Origin: an uncultured delta proteobacterium
GTDB taxonomy: Bacteria; Desulfobacterota; Binatia; UBA9968
Assembly: GCA_963847445.1 (NCBI GenBank)
Contig: CAWJZV010000003.1
Coordinates: 32,001 to 96,000, forward strand
Length of the DNA: 64,000 nt
Direction of reading: 5' to 3'
Part shown: one piece after another, positions 44,984-57,127 of the stretch
Layout: every line of letters begins with the position of its first letter
How positions within the stretch are numbered: position 1 is the first letter of the stretch
Position numbers and translations under genes: made by a program
The notes under the pieces: generated by a model
The model's database searches: none
What the model was told of the DNA's origin: nothing
What the model saw: the letters and a program-made list of their open reading frames with translations, nothing else

Positions 44984-45372
44984 TCATCAGCACGGGAATC
45001 GATCTTGCGGAAGTGGATCGCATCCAGGCGGCCATCGAGCACCCGCGCATCGGCCGGCGCTTTCGCGAGCGCGTGTTCACTGCCAGTGAGATCGCTTACT
45101 GCGAAAAAAAACAGCGCGGCAAGTACGAGAGCTACGCCGGACGCTTCGCGGCTAAAGAAGCGGTGATGAAGGCGCTCGGGCGCGGCTGGGGTGCCAAAGT
45201 GCGTTGGCTCGATATCGAAGTGGCGCGGGCGCGCAGCGGCAAGCCGGAGATTGTTTTGCACGACAAGACGGCGCAGCTCGCCGCCGAGCTGGGCATTCGC
45301 CGTTGGGCGCTGTCGATTACCCATACCAAGCAGCATGGCCTGGCTTCTGTGATTGCCGAGGACGATGGGTGA
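44980..45372 (+). CDS. acpS: Holo-ACP synthase
   Basis: GIDLAEVDRI, AGRFAAKEAVMKALG, SGKP, LSITH. Confidence 0.95.
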   Translation: MIISTGIDLAEVDRIQAAIEHPRIGRRFRERVFTASEIAYCEKKQRGKYESYAGRFAAKEAVMKALGRGWGAKVRWLDIEVARARSGKPEIVLHDKTAQLAAELGIRRWALSITHTKQHGLASVIAEDDG

Positions 45373-45383
45373 GAGGAATAGGT

Positions 45384-45570
45384 TCACCACGAAGGTTACG
45401 GAGACCGAAGATTTCGGCAACTAAGCTCCAGCTGCGGCTCATCGCGCAAAGCTCGAAAAGATCGTAATGGTGATCTGGTAAAGAATCGCACCGAAGTTCC
45501 GCATCCGCAAAGCGGGTATCCAGGCTTTCGGCGGGAACACCGGATTCCCGTCTGCGCGGAATTGACGATT
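45384..45570. repeat. Degenerate REP-like cluster after acpS
   Basis: caccacgaagg...acggag...cgaag units; gcgggtatccag...cggattcccgtctgcgcggaattgacg, related to the 48389 element in reverse orientation. Confidence 0.55.
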
Positions 45571-45686
45571 CGACGAGATTTGCGTGGCCGGGTCCACTTT
45601 TCAGGTCTGTTGACGAGCGTAGGCGCATGAACATTCTCGTGAAATCCGAGTTTCGGCAAGCGCGCTGGCCTCGTGGGACAGAATCT

Positions 45687-45929
45687 CTAGTTGCCGCGGG
45701 ATTTTTTCGCCGGCAGCAGGAACAGCGCGCCGAGGGCCCAGATGCCGCAGACTAGTCCGCTGACAGACCAGAGAAATTTATCGCGGCCGTTGTGATTGGC
45801 GACGACGCCGCAAAGAATCGCATCGAGACTATGGACGAGCGCGACGGTGGGCCATAGCGATGCCGGCTCCATGTCCGGTTTAATGAACAGGAGTCCGCTG
45901 ACATATCCGACGAGATGATAGAAATCCAC
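45687..45929 (-). CDS. Small hypothetical membrane protein
   Basis: 80 aa, hydrophobic segments, divergent from mtnA. Confidence 0.55.
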   Translation of the reverse strand: MDFYHLVGYVSGLLFIKPDMEPASLWPTVALVHSLDAILCGVVANHNGRDKFLWSVSGLVCGIWALGALFLLPAKKSRGN

Positions 45930-45994
45930 GAGCTGCTCTTGACGCTTCCTTTGGTCCGTTAATATACTCGGTCTCCCGTGAATTGGAACTAAGC

Positions 45995-47012
<1,018 letters not shown>

Positions 47013-47026
<14 letters not shown>

Positions 47027-48356
47027 AAAACCCGAAGAACTCGAAGCCTACTTTCAGACCGCCGGCAAACCGCGCGAACGCTGGCGCGTCGGCACCGAGT
47101 ACGAAAAAGTCGGCGTCGACCGGAGCACCGGCCAGGCGATTCCATACTTCGGTCCACGCGGCGTCGATCGCATCCTGCGGGAAATGATCGAGCGTTACGG
47201 CTGGGAGCCGGAAGAGCAAAACGGCAACATCATCGCGCTCAGCCGCGATCGGACGCAGATCACTCTCGAACCGGGCGGCCAGATCGAGCTCAGCGGCGAG
47301 CCCTGCGATAGCATTCACTGCACCTATGCCGAATTCAACCAACATATCCGCGAACTGTTAGAGGTCTGCGAGCCTCTCGGCATCGTTTTTCTCGGTCTCG
47401 GCATGCAGCCGGTCAGCCGCTTGGACGAGATTCAGTGGGTGCCGAAGAAACGCTACGGCATCATGGGGCCGTATATGCCGACCGTCGGCACCTTCGGCCA
47501 GCGCATGATGAAGCAGACCGCCACGGTGCAGGCCAATATCGATTTCCTCGACGAGACCGACGCCATGCTGAAGTTTCGCACCGGCATGGGACTGGCGCCG
47601 GTGCTCATCGCCATGTTCGCCAACTCACCGATCTGCGACGGCCAGGTGAACGGCTACCGCAGCTACCGCGAACATATCTGGACCGACACCGACAAGAGCC
47701 GGCAAGGCTTGCTGAAATTCGCCTTCGCGCCGGAAGCGTCCTTCGCCCACTATGTCGAGTATGCCCTCGACGTGCCGATGTACTTCATCATTCGCCACCA
47801 CGACTATATCAACATGACCGGCGTGACCTTTCGCCAGTATTTGCAGTATGGCCACAACGGCGAGCGCGCCACCGTCGAAGATTGGGCCGATCACCTGACC
47901 ACGCTGTTTCCCGAGACGCGCATCAAACGCTACATCGAAGTCCGCTCCGTCGACAGCCAGCCGCCGGAACTGATGCCGGCGCTGTCGGCGCTGATCAAAG
48001 GCGCCTTCTATGATAACGACTGCTTGCTGGCGGCGTGGGATCTGGTCAAAGGCTGGACTTGGGACGAGCGCAACGAAGTTTATCTCGATTCCCATGCCAA
48101 CGCGCTGGCGGCACGTTTCCGGCGCCATACCCTGCTCGATCTCGCCAAGGAGTTTTTGGAAATCGCCGCGGAAGGATTGCGCCGGCAGCATGTTGTCAAC
48201 GACGTGGGTAACGATGAAACGATTTATCTCGAACCGCTCAAGACTCTCTTGTCCCAAGGCAAGTGTCCAGCCGATGTGATTTTAGAAAAATGGCAGGGCG
48301 AGCTGCACCGTGATGTCAGAAAATTGATCGACTTCACTGCTTACAAGCTGCCGTGA
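47013..48356 (+). CDS. gshA: Glutamate-cysteine ligase, plant/alphaproteobacterial (GCS2) type
   Basis: VGTEYEK, TLEPGGQIELSG, WVPKKRY, MMKQTATVQANID, FANSP, HLTTLFPETR. Confidence 0.9.
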
Positions 48357-48386
48357 ATTTCGTGCAAAGTGAGTTCTGATTCTTTT

Positions 48387-48530
48387 CCGTCATTCCGGCG
48401 TAGGCCGGAATCCAGACCCATCATCCACCTGGATACCGTTGACTTCAACGGTATGACGGACACGGTTCGTGCACCTGGCTGCCCGCCGGAGTTTATCCGA
48501 AGACACTGTCGAAGAACCGGCATGACAAAC
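48387..48530. repeat. REP-like inverted doublet between convergent gshA and nagZ
   Basis: gtcattccggcgtaggccggaatccag 48389-48415 and ctggataccg...cggtatgacgg 48429-48459. Confidence 0.7.
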
Positions 48531-48553
48531 GGTAGGGGTTCGCCGGTCAGAAA

Positions 48554-49640
48554 TTATCCCCGGTTCAGACCAAATGTCACACTGAGTAACTCTCGGTGGT
48601 TCAACCTCTCCAGCCGCGCCGTGATTTCGTTCTCGGCCACGCCGGTGAAGCGCGTCAGATATCGCCGCTTGAGTTGCCGTGACCCGCCGGTAGCTTGCTT
48701 CGACGCGCGCGCGCACCGACGCGTCGCGGTCCGCTTCATCGCAGAGAAATTCAAAGGCGACGACGGCTTGGTCGATCTCATGGCAGAACAGCAGGACATC
48801 GACGCCGGCGCGGATTGCCAGGGCGGTGGCCTCTTCAACGCCGTAGCGGTCGCTGATCGCCCGCATGGCTAAATCGTCGCTGAAAATTACCCCGTCAAAA
48901 CCCAACTGGTGGCGTAGCAGACCGGTGACGATCGCTTCGGACAGAGTCGCCGGCAGTTTCGCATCGAGCGCCGGATAGACGACATGGGCGGTCATCAACG
49001 CTTCAATTTGATTTCGGCAAGCTTCGGCGAAGGGCGGCAGTTCGGTGGCCTGAATCTCCGCCAGCGACTTGCGCACCAGGGGCAACTCAAAGTGCGAATC
49101 TTTGTCGGTGTCGCCATGGCCGGGAAAATGTTTGCCGCAGGGAATGATGCCGCCATCGCGCAGCCCGTTGGTCCAGGCCGAGGCGATTTCGATCACGCCC
49201 AGGGGTTCGGCGGCGAAGGCGCGGTCGCCGATGATCGGACTTTGCCGGTTCGACTGGACATCGAGCACCGGCGCGAAGTTTAAATTTATGCCCGCCAGCG
49301 TCAGCTCCGCCGCAGTCGCCCGGCCCAGCCGGTAGGCCAGTTCGGGATCGTTGCGCGCGCCGATGCGCGCAGCGGCGGGGAAATGGCTGAACGGCGCCGG
49401 CAGCCGATGGACGCGGCCGCCTTCCTGGTCGATGGCGATGAAGGGCGGCACGCCATCGAAGGATTCCCAGATGGCGCGGCATAAGGATACCAGCTGCGCC
49501 GGCGCGCCGCAGTTATGCTTGAACAGGATGAGGCCGGCGAACTGATACTCTTCGATCAGCAACCGTTCGTCGCTAGTGAGAGCGTCACTTTGACAGCCGA
49601 CAAGAAACAGTTGGCCGATTTTTTGCCGTAATGGGTTCAT
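48554..49640 (-). CDS. nagZ: Beta-N-acetylhexosaminidase GH3 (frameshift near C-terminus)
   Basis: IDQEGGRV, NFAPVLD, KHFPGHGDTDKDSH, FSDDLAM. Confidence 0.93.
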
Positions 49641-49699
49641 ATCGCTGTGTCATTATAACCTAGACAAGCTTTCGACCAACGTGTAAATTCATTCATTCC

Positions 49700-50344
49700 A
49701 TGGCGGCCAAGGCGAAATACATAGTGGTCGAAGGGCCGATCGGTGTGGGCAAGACCAGTCTGGCCAGGATTCTCGCCGACGAGTTTCAGTCGCGCCGGCT
49801 CTTCGAGCGGGTCGAAGACAATCCGTTTTTGGCGAAGTTCTACCAGTCGCGGGAGACCTACGCCTTCCAAAACCAGACGTTCTTTCTGTTGAGCCGTTAT
49901 CGCCAGCAGACCGAGCTCGGGCAGCAGGATTTATTCACCGAGGGCACGGTTTCGGACTATCTGTTTGCCAAGGACCAGATCTTCGCCGCTTTGACGCTGA
50001 GCAGCGAGGAGTTGAATCTTTACCAGCAAATCTACGCGCTATTGAATACCCGCGTGCCTAAGCCCGATTTAGTCGTTTATCTCCAGGCGCGCCCGGAGGT
50101 GCTTTACAAGCGGGTTAAAAAGAGGGATAAAAAATACGAGAAAAGCGTCACTTTCGAATACCTGACCGAAGTAGCCCAGGCGTATAACCAGTTTTTTTTC
50201 CATTACGACGAGACGCCGCTGCTGGTGGTGAATACTTCGGAGATCGATTTCGTTGCAAGCAGCAAGGATCTGGCTGACTTGATCAAGGAAATCAACGGCA
50301 TGGGATCGGGGACGCAACATTATATACCGCTTGGATCCAGGTAG
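49700..50344 (+). CDS. Deoxynucleoside kinase
   Basis: VEGPIGVGKTS, NPFLAKFY, FFLLSRY, PDLVVYLQA. Confidence 0.92.
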   Translation: MAAKAKYIVVEGPIGVGKTSLARILADEFQSRRLFERVEDNPFLAKFYQSRETYAFQNQTFFLLSRYRQQTELGQQDLFTEGTVSDYLFAKDQIFAALTLSSEELNLYQQIYALLNTRVPKPDLVVYLQARPEVLYKRVKKRDKKYEKSVTFEYLTEVAQAYNQFFFHYDETPLLVVNTSEIDFVASSKDLADLIKEINGMGSGTQHYIPLGSR

Positions 50345-50445
50345 TCTGGACCGAGACGGATGCCAAAAGGCGCTGGTTACGGAGAGTTAAGCGGCTCTCC
50401 GGTTAGTTATTGGCCTTCCGGCTCGGTCTGGAGGGCTTTTTTTTT
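50345..50445 (+). promoter_or_regulatory. pan-motif-like cis-regulatory RNA (terminator/antiterminator) upstream of panB
   Basis: tctggaccgag(a)cggatgccaa can pair with ttggccttccggctcggtctgga; alternatively gccttccgg/ctggagggc hairpin followed by T9 just before RBS GGAGG. Confidence 0.7.
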
Positions 50446-50457
50446 GGAGGGTAGATC

Positions 50458-51261
50458 ATGGGCGACAAGATCACCGTACCGCATATAGTGAAAATGAAGC
50501 AGCGTGGCGAGAAGATCACCTGCCTGACCGCTTACGACTATTCCTTCGCGCGAATTCTCGACGAAGCTGGCGTCGAGATGCTGTTGGTCGGCGACTCCCT
50601 GGGCTGTGTCGTCCAGGGCGGCGCCAATACTCTCGCCGTCACCATGGACGAGATGATCTACCACACCCGCCTGGTGGTGCGCGGGTGTAAGCGCGCTCTG
50701 GTCATCGGCGATATGCCGTTCATGTCCTATCAGATCGGCAAGGACGAGGCGCTGCGCAACGCCGGGCGCTTTTTCAAGGAAGCCGGCGCCGAGGCGATCA
50801 AGCTCGAAGGCGGCGTCGCGGTGCAAGAATCGATTCGCGCCATCGTCGACGCCGGCATGCCGGTGATGGGCCATGTCGGCCTGACACCGCAGTCGGTGCA
50901 CCAGTTCGGCGGCTATAAAATTCAGGGCCGTGATAAAGAGCGGCGCGAAGCAGTGCTGCGCGACGCCGTCGCGGTGGCGGAGGCCGGTGCGTTTGCCGTG
51001 GTCTTGGAAGGCATCCCTCAAGACTTAGCCGGCGAGATTTCCGAGCGCTTAGCCATTCCAACCATTGGCATCGGCGCCGGCCTGCAATGCGACGGGCAGG
51101 TGCTGGTGATCCACGATATGCTCGGCTTGTTTGACGACTTCGTGCCGAAATTCGTCAAACGCTATGCCGACGTGAAGCAAACCATGCTCGGCGCGGTGAA
51201 AGAATTTGTCGGTGAAGTTAAAGAGCGCAAGTTTCCGGCGGAGGAACATTCGTTTAAGTAA
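50458..51261 (+). CDS. panB: 3-methyl-2-oxobutanoate hydroxymethyltransferase
   Basis: [47 protein letters not shown]. Confidence 0.97.
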   Translation: MGDKITVPHIVKMKQRGEKITCLTAYDYSFARILDEAGVEMLLVGDSLGCVVQGGANTLAVTMDEMIYHTRLVVRGCKRALVIGDMPFMSYQIGKDEALRNAGRFFKEAGAEAIKLEGGVAVQESIRAIVDAGMPVMGHVGLTPQSVHQFGGYKIQGRDKERREAVLRDAVAVAEAGAFAVVLEGIPQDLAGEISERLAIPTIGIGAGLQCDGQVLVIHDMLGLFDDFVPKFVKRYADVKQTMLGAVKEFVGEVKERKFPAEEHSFK

Positions 51262-51265
51262 GAAT

Positions 51266-51348
51266 GGGAGTGATGGAGTAGTGGAATAATGGAGTGATGG
51301 GTAGTTCGGATTCCGGATTTACCAATACTCCCTCACTCCATTACTCCA
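51266..51348. repeat. Hairpin of tandem 8-mers, same family as 35706
   Basis: gggagtga tggagtag tggaataa tggagtga ... ccaatactcc ctcactcca ttactcca. Confidence 0.8.
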
Positions 51349-51371
51349 ATTCAGGGCCCCCATTGGTTTTT

Positions 51372-52218
51372 ATGCAGATCATCGAACAGATTGCCGCTAT
51401 GCGGGCTTGGAGCGCGGGCGAGCGGCGCCTGGAGCGGCGCATCGTTTTTGTCCCGACCATGGGGTCGCTGCACGAGGGCCATCTCTGTCTGGTGCGCGAT
51501 GCCAGGACCAGGGGCGATCGCGTGGTGGTTTCGATCTTCGTCAACCCGATGCAGTTCGGCCCGAGCGAGGACTTCGCCAAGTATCCGCGCGATCTGCAGC
51601 GCGACCGGGCGCTGCTCGAGAGCCTCGGCATCGATGTGCTATTTCATCCGACCGTGGCGGAGATTTATCCCGACGGCTATCAGACGCACATCGAAGTGGA
51701 AAACTTGAGCGTGCCGCTCTGCGGCATGGTGCGCCCCGGCCATTTCCGCGGCGTCGCCACGGTGGTCGCGAAGCTTTTCAATATCGTTCAGCCCCATGTG
51801 GCGATCTTCGGTGAGAAAGATTTTCAGCAGCTTCAGGTGGTGCGCCGCCTGGTGTGCGATTTAAGCATGGACATCGAGATCGTCGGCCATCCGATCGTGC
51901 GCGAAGCCGACGGTCTGGCGATGAGCTCGCGCAACGCTTATCTGACTCCGGCAGAACGGCGCGCCGCCGTCTGTTTATCGCGTGCCTTGTGCAAGGCGGA
52001 AAAGCTGGCGCGGCGCGGCGAGGTTACAAGCCGCAGCATTGCTCCATGCAGTCAGCGCGGCGATCGCGCAGGAACCCTTGGCGCAAATCGAATACGCCAA
52101 GCTCTGCGATCCCGAATCGCTCCATGAAGTCGATCAGTTGCAGGGTGCGGCGGTGCTCGCCTTAGCGGTGCGTTTCGGCCGGGCGCGGTTGATCGACAAC
52201 CGGGTGATCAAGAATTAG
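51372..52218 (+). CDS. panC: Pantoate-beta-alanine ligase (frameshift near 52040)
   Basis: [49 protein letters not shown]. Confidence 0.96.
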
Positions 52219-52229
52219 CCGACAATAAT

Positions 52230-52887
52230 ATGGCAGAAGAAATTCCAGTAAAGCCTAAGATCCGTTGGCGCGACAGCTTACGGCGCGATTTCCTCGCCGG
52301 CATGCTGGTGTTTTTGCCGGTGGCGATCACGCTTTGGTTCATCGGCTGGATGATCGACTTGCTTGACAGTGTCCTGGCGGTCATGCCCGACGCGTTTCAT
52401 CCCAACTTTTACCTGCCGTTCACGATTCCCAAACTAGGCGCGCTGGTCACCGTCCTAATGATACTCTTCCTGGGCATTCTTACCCGTGGCGTCGCCACCC
52501 GGCGCTTCCTCGCCGCCTGGGAAAGCGTCCTGGTGAAGATTCCGATATTCCGCGGCATTTACAGCGCCGTGCAAAAACTCGTGCAGACGTTTTTCGGTCA
52601 ATCCTCAGGCTAACCGTCAGGTCGTCATGATCGAATATCCGCGCGTCGGGGTGTACACGGTGGGCTTCGCCATGGGCCGGGCCTGGCGCCATCTCGAGGA
52701 AAAAAACAACGTCCAGTTGGTCAATGTCTTCGTGCCGACGACGCCCAACCCGACCGCCGGCTTTTTTCTGCTCGTGCCGATCAACCAGGTGACGCCGCTC
52801 AACATGACCATGGAAGAAGCGCTCAAACTGATCACCTCGAGCGGACTAATCACGCCGGACGACAAGAACCGCATCAATGGCAACTAA
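52230..52887 (+). CDS. DUF502-family membrane protein (frameshift near 52610)
   Basis: FLAGMLVFLPVAIT, IPIFRGIYSAV, IEYPR.G, VFVPTTPNPTAGF. Confidence 0.88.
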
Positions 52888-53353
52888 AAAATCCGCCAGC
52901 GCCGGCGAGCAGATGATCTGCGTCAACCGCCAGGCGCGCCACAACTATTTCATCGACGAGGTGTTTGAAGCGGGCCTGGTGCTGGTCGGCAGCGAAGTCA
53001 AATCGCTGCGCGACGGCAAGGCCAACCTGGTCGACAGCTACGCGCGCATTCACAAAGGCGAAGCGTTTCTCGTCAACTCCCATATCAGCGCCTATCCCGG
53101 CGCGAACCAGTTCAATCATGAACCGACGCGGCTGCGCAAATTGCTATTGCACGAACGCGAGATCGAGCGGCTCACCGGCAAGACCAAAGAAAAGGGCCTG
53201 ACGCTGGTGCCGCTGAGAATGTATTTCAAAAATGGCCGGGCCAAGGTCGAACTAGGCCTCGCTCGCGGCAAAAAGAACTACGACAAGCGCGAAACCCTCA
53301 AGCGCAACGAGGCCGCCCGCGAAATGGACCGGTCCATGCGCGCCAGGCGCTAA
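52877..53353 (+). CDS. smpB: SsrA-binding protein
   Basis: NRQARHNY, EAGLVLVGSEVKSLR, RKLLLH, GKKNYDKRE. Confidence 0.97.
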   Translation: MATKKSASAGEQMICVNRQARHNYFIDEVFEAGLVLVGSEVKSLRDGKANLVDSYARIHKGEAFLVNSHISAYPGANQFNHEPTRLRKLLLHEREIERLTGKTKEKGLTLVPLRMYFKNGRAKVELGLARGKKNYDKRETLKRNEAAREMDRSMRARR

Positions 53354-53370
53354 TCGGCGCCTGCGGCGCC

Positions 53371-53464
53371 GGTTCAACGTTCAAGAGTTCAAAAGTTCAA
53401 GCTGGCAGCTTCGCTGCAATTTGCCGCCGCCGCTTCCGGCGTTGAACCTTGAACCCTTGAACGG
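53371..53464. repeat. Hairpin of tandem 7/8-mers (GTTCAA) ... (TTGAAC)
   Basis: gttcaac gttcaaga gttcaaaa gttcaa ... ttgaacc ttgaaccc ttgaacg. Confidence 0.8.
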
Positions 53465-53528
53465 TCTGCGCCAGATGAGCCGGTCTAGAATCGCGCAACT
53501 CAAAACGCTAGACTGTATTTTGTCATAA

Positions 53529-53881
53529 GGGGGCGACGTGGTTTCGACGGGGGTAGGAAGTCAGAGTGGCATGCCGGGGTTCTGTTATCCCGTTAAACAA
53601 ACAGATCTGCAAATATAAACGCAGACGATTTTGAATATCAACTAGCTGCTTAGTCGCAGTTAGCGTCTTACCGGTTTTCTCCCGCGGGGCCGGATAAGAT
53701 GTCATTCAGTGGGATAGGCCGATTCCTCTGCCGGAGGGGCTAAGGCCGAAATCTAAGCCGGATAGCTTCAGAAACCCTGCCGTTGGGGGCTCGAAAAGCG
53801 AAATCAAATTGACGGCTAAGCATGTAGTCATAGCTGATGGAAGACCTTCGGACGGGGGTTCGATTCCCCCCGCCTCCACCA
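53529..53881 (+). ncRNA. ssrA: tmRNA; tag reading frame (A)DDFEYQLAA at 53621-53653
   Basis: 5' GGGGGCG...GGTTTCGACGG, 3' GGGGGTTCGATTCCCCCCGCCTCCACCA, resume codon after TATAAAC, adjacent to smpB. Confidence 0.97.
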
Positions 53882-54518
53882 ACTTTTTCTCTACCGATTC
53901 CCGCAGGCGAGCCGCGAGCGATGTTTGAAATCGCCGCGGCTCGTTGCGTTCGGAGGCCAATCTACAGTAAGGGTCCGGTCGACGACTCACGAGTCTGTTT
54001 CGGTCGTATGTGGCGCGGTCGTTGCGGCGGGACATCTTGTGTGTTTTTTGCTTGCCGCCCATCTGTTCGATGACCTTGGCGGGGAGGCCGCGTAATAGAT
54101 TTGCAAAGGATTGGATGAATACAACCAGCGTCAAATCTGTCTCATGCGCACTGGGGATCGACTCACGATCAAGATGTTGGGGTAACGGCTGCACAGGAAC
54201 GCATCGATGGTCAGGCTGGTCGTGTTGCTGGTACCGAGAGGGTCTAGCAGGAAGGTAGCGGAATGAATTATTGGACGACAGGCTGACGAAGATTGTTTAC
54301 ATTGCAAGGCCTGTCCCCGGTCCTTCCTCGACTACAGCGTTGACGCTCGACGGTCGATAAAATACATTGATGTCGGTTGTAAGATTCGAACCAGTAAAAA
54401 ACTCGAAGGGAGCATCAATGAAAGTCCAAAAAAAGCTAGGCATGCGGCCAAGCCCGCGACTGGCCTATGACTTCGTCGCTTCTCGGACGCGCTCGTACGA
54501 CTGGCAAAAGGCTCAGGG

Positions 54519-55005
54519 ATGCTGGTAGTGTCGCTTTTTTTACTTCTTGTCGGCTGCGCGTCAGGCCCGACGACACTTCCTTTTCAAAATTATACCCATC
54601 GGCAGGCTCTACAGCCTGAGCGAAGACGATCTCAAAAGGGTGCAATTTTATGTATCGACGCATGTTGTCGCCCAAGTGAAAGATCCCACGGCAACGCAGT
54701 CGTTCGTAGTACCGAGTATGACTCCTGGTGTGGTCACGGCCGCAGGCCCAAATTGGATTAAAGTGAGCTTTAGAGAGGGTGGCGCTGACGTTCCCTTTGT
54801 CGCGGACCCGAACCTGACCGACAGCCGGTACTGTATTGCCAGCGAGGTCGACGGCGGCAGGGACTTTAAGAGAGTCACGGAGGTTCCCGGAAGAGTTTTT
54901 ATCTTCAAGGGTACACCGTTGACGCTGGTTTTCGGAGCCGATGCCATGCTGCTCTTGGACTGGGATAGTTGGCAAAAGGGTCGCCGAAACACGCAAAGTG
55001 ACTGA
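54519..55005 (+). CDS. Hypothetical lipoprotein (frameshifted; ends uncertain)
   Basis: Lipobox LLVGC in ORF 54519, continuing in ORF 54547 (LSEDDLKRVQFYVS...TPGVV...WIKVSF). Confidence 0.55.
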
Positions 55006-55192
55006 AGGTCGACGAGTGGGTGACAAGTAGTTCTCAATCAAAACTCCGGCTGAGGACTCGCGCGTACGCCCATGGGTATCTACGACATAGTTCTTGTCGC
55101 GTCTGCCGCGCACGCAGGAATATTCTAGTTTCAGTTTTTGTGCGTCTGGTCGTTCCTCTAGATCGGCCAGCGTTGCGGAGTTATGCTCAAGG

Positions 55193-55388
55193 CATGATCG
55201 TTGAAGTGTCGTGGAAAATCTCAGAGTCCATACCGACCGTGCTGGGCCAGCCGCATTCTGGATTGATTTACTACGAAGTGGACGGGACGCCGGCCAAGGC
55301 TACGGTGGTCGCGCATCTGCAGAGGTTCATTCGCCACCTGGACCCGTTTTCGGTTCGGATCGAGAAATCAGACCTTAACCGCAGATGA
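55193..55388 (+). CDS. Small hypothetical protein
   Basis: MIVEVSWKISES...FSVRIEKSDLNRR, plausible codon usage; no recognised family. Confidence 0.35.
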
Positions 55389-56106
55389 CCTGATGTCGAG
55401 AGGCATGGCGTTTTATCGCAATGCGCTCTAACCCCCCTCAGCATTAGGTCTCTGATCTTGCTCCTAATGCGCAAGCGCAGGGACAAGGTATCGAAGGAGT
55501 TACCGCTCCGGACTTTGCCGAGGTGCTCAAGGCGATTCGCGAAGATGTAACCTACGTCAACGTTCATACAACGAAGTTTACGTGCGGAGAGATTCGCGGC
55601 CGAATCAAATAGGCCATACGCGAAACTCTGGCTCCGTCGCCTCCTACGCCAAGAGCGTCGTCGAGTTCCACTAGGTCGAAACCGACAGCAGCCGGTTTCG
55701 ACATCCGTGTGCGCGGCAATGCCGCTCAGAGTTCTTGCCGCTGAGGCTTTAAGGCATACTGAGGTCGATTAAGTTTGAGGTTGGGGCGCGCAGCGAGCGC
55801 CGCTTCGTAGCTGCCGCCCGACCGTCGGCTTCCGCTGTCGAAATTTCCTGCCGGTCCTATTTGACGGATAATTTTTTTGGCTTTTTGTAACGGATCACCC
55901 TTGTCGTCGTCGGGGTTTTTCCGCTTGCAGGGTGCGCATGGATTACTCGGTTGATTGGTTTTCCTCGCCCTCGGGGTTGCCTGATTTGCTGATTTTATTC
56001 CGGCGCTGGCGCTAAGTGGCCTTACGAACTTTCTTAGTTCCCCGGGTATTTTTGGACTTCTTCTCTCGTGTCATTTCGCCACTCTCAGGTTAATGCCAAT
56101 GCAATG

Positions 56107-56376
56107 TCACTTAGCCGATCTTATCTTCTTAATGCGGTGCGGCGAGCGGATGATTTTTGTTACGTTATTGATCCAGTCCCTGGCGAACAGTTGCGCTTCC
56201 TTTTCGGCCGCCGAGTAGTTCTTAAAACTAAGCTGGAAGTGCCAGTCCATCCAGAGCTTAACCCGCTTCTTGCCGTTTTCACTCCACATGATTTGCGCTA
56301 TGGGCTTCCATGTGTCGCTGTTACGGTCTAGCGCGGCGGTACAGTGGATCATATAGTCCTTGTAGGTTTCTTCCAT
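56107..56376 (-). CDS. Small hypothetical protein (about 89 aa)
   Basis: MEETYKDYMIHCTA...WKPIAQIMW...AEKEAQLFARDWIN; GGGAG upstream. Confidence 0.6.
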   Translation of the reverse strand: MEETYKDYMIHCTAALDRNSDTWKPIAQIMWSENGKKRVKLWMDWHFQLSFKNYSAAEKEAQLFARDWINNVTKIIRSPHRIKKIRSAK

Positions 56377-57127
56377 TTTTACCATTCTCCCGCCCGCAGA
56401 ATAGTCGGATTTATCCACCTTTAGCGCAAAAGATGCTGTCCAATATTGCACCTGTTCACAATCTAATTTGATCCCCTCCGTGTCATGCACTCGTTTCAGG
56501 GCTCATTGCCCTGTGATTTTCACGTTGCTTTCGGCGGTGGATCAAACGGAATTCAGGAGGGCTTAATCGAGCGACTACTGGTGGACTTCTGATTTATTTA
56601 TTGCCTAAAAAGGCAAACTGACATGGGATGTACTGTCAAGAATAAAAAAGGCGCTGGTCGCGAACATTGAAATAGTCCCATGGGAGCTTTCCTGCGTTGT
56701 TCGGTGGCACTCCATCGTCGAATTCCTCACTCGCTGGACTGGGTATTGCCGAGCCTGGAAACCTTCCTGCTGAATCCGTCCTTGAACGTTTGAACATTTC
56801 GGCAGGCTCAGGGCAGGCTGTTGAGCCATGGAACGGGCCATGAATCGTACCTCCCTTGTCAGAGCGACGGTGATTCCATTAAGGTTAAGCTGGTCGTGGT
56901 TTGTCTCCACTTCGCCGAGTTCAATGACGTTTGCCACAATGAGGCTGACTTCAAGGTCAAGGTGGAAAGCGAGTCATCAACGCCGCCCACGGTCAATCGC
57001 GAATTGGTTTTGGTGGCCGGGCGATCTCGGCAAAAGCAGCGGTTACTCGGATGGTGGTTCGCGGTAATTGAATATCGAGCGGCGGATCGAAATGCATCTT
57101 TAAGAATCCGATATGCGAGGTGTTGAA

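Noticed and set aside
48369-48872. ORF spanning the gshA-nagZ junction and the long NagZ C-terminal tail
   Set aside because: Read-through across REP-like repeats caused by an indel; NagZ plausibly ends at 48554.
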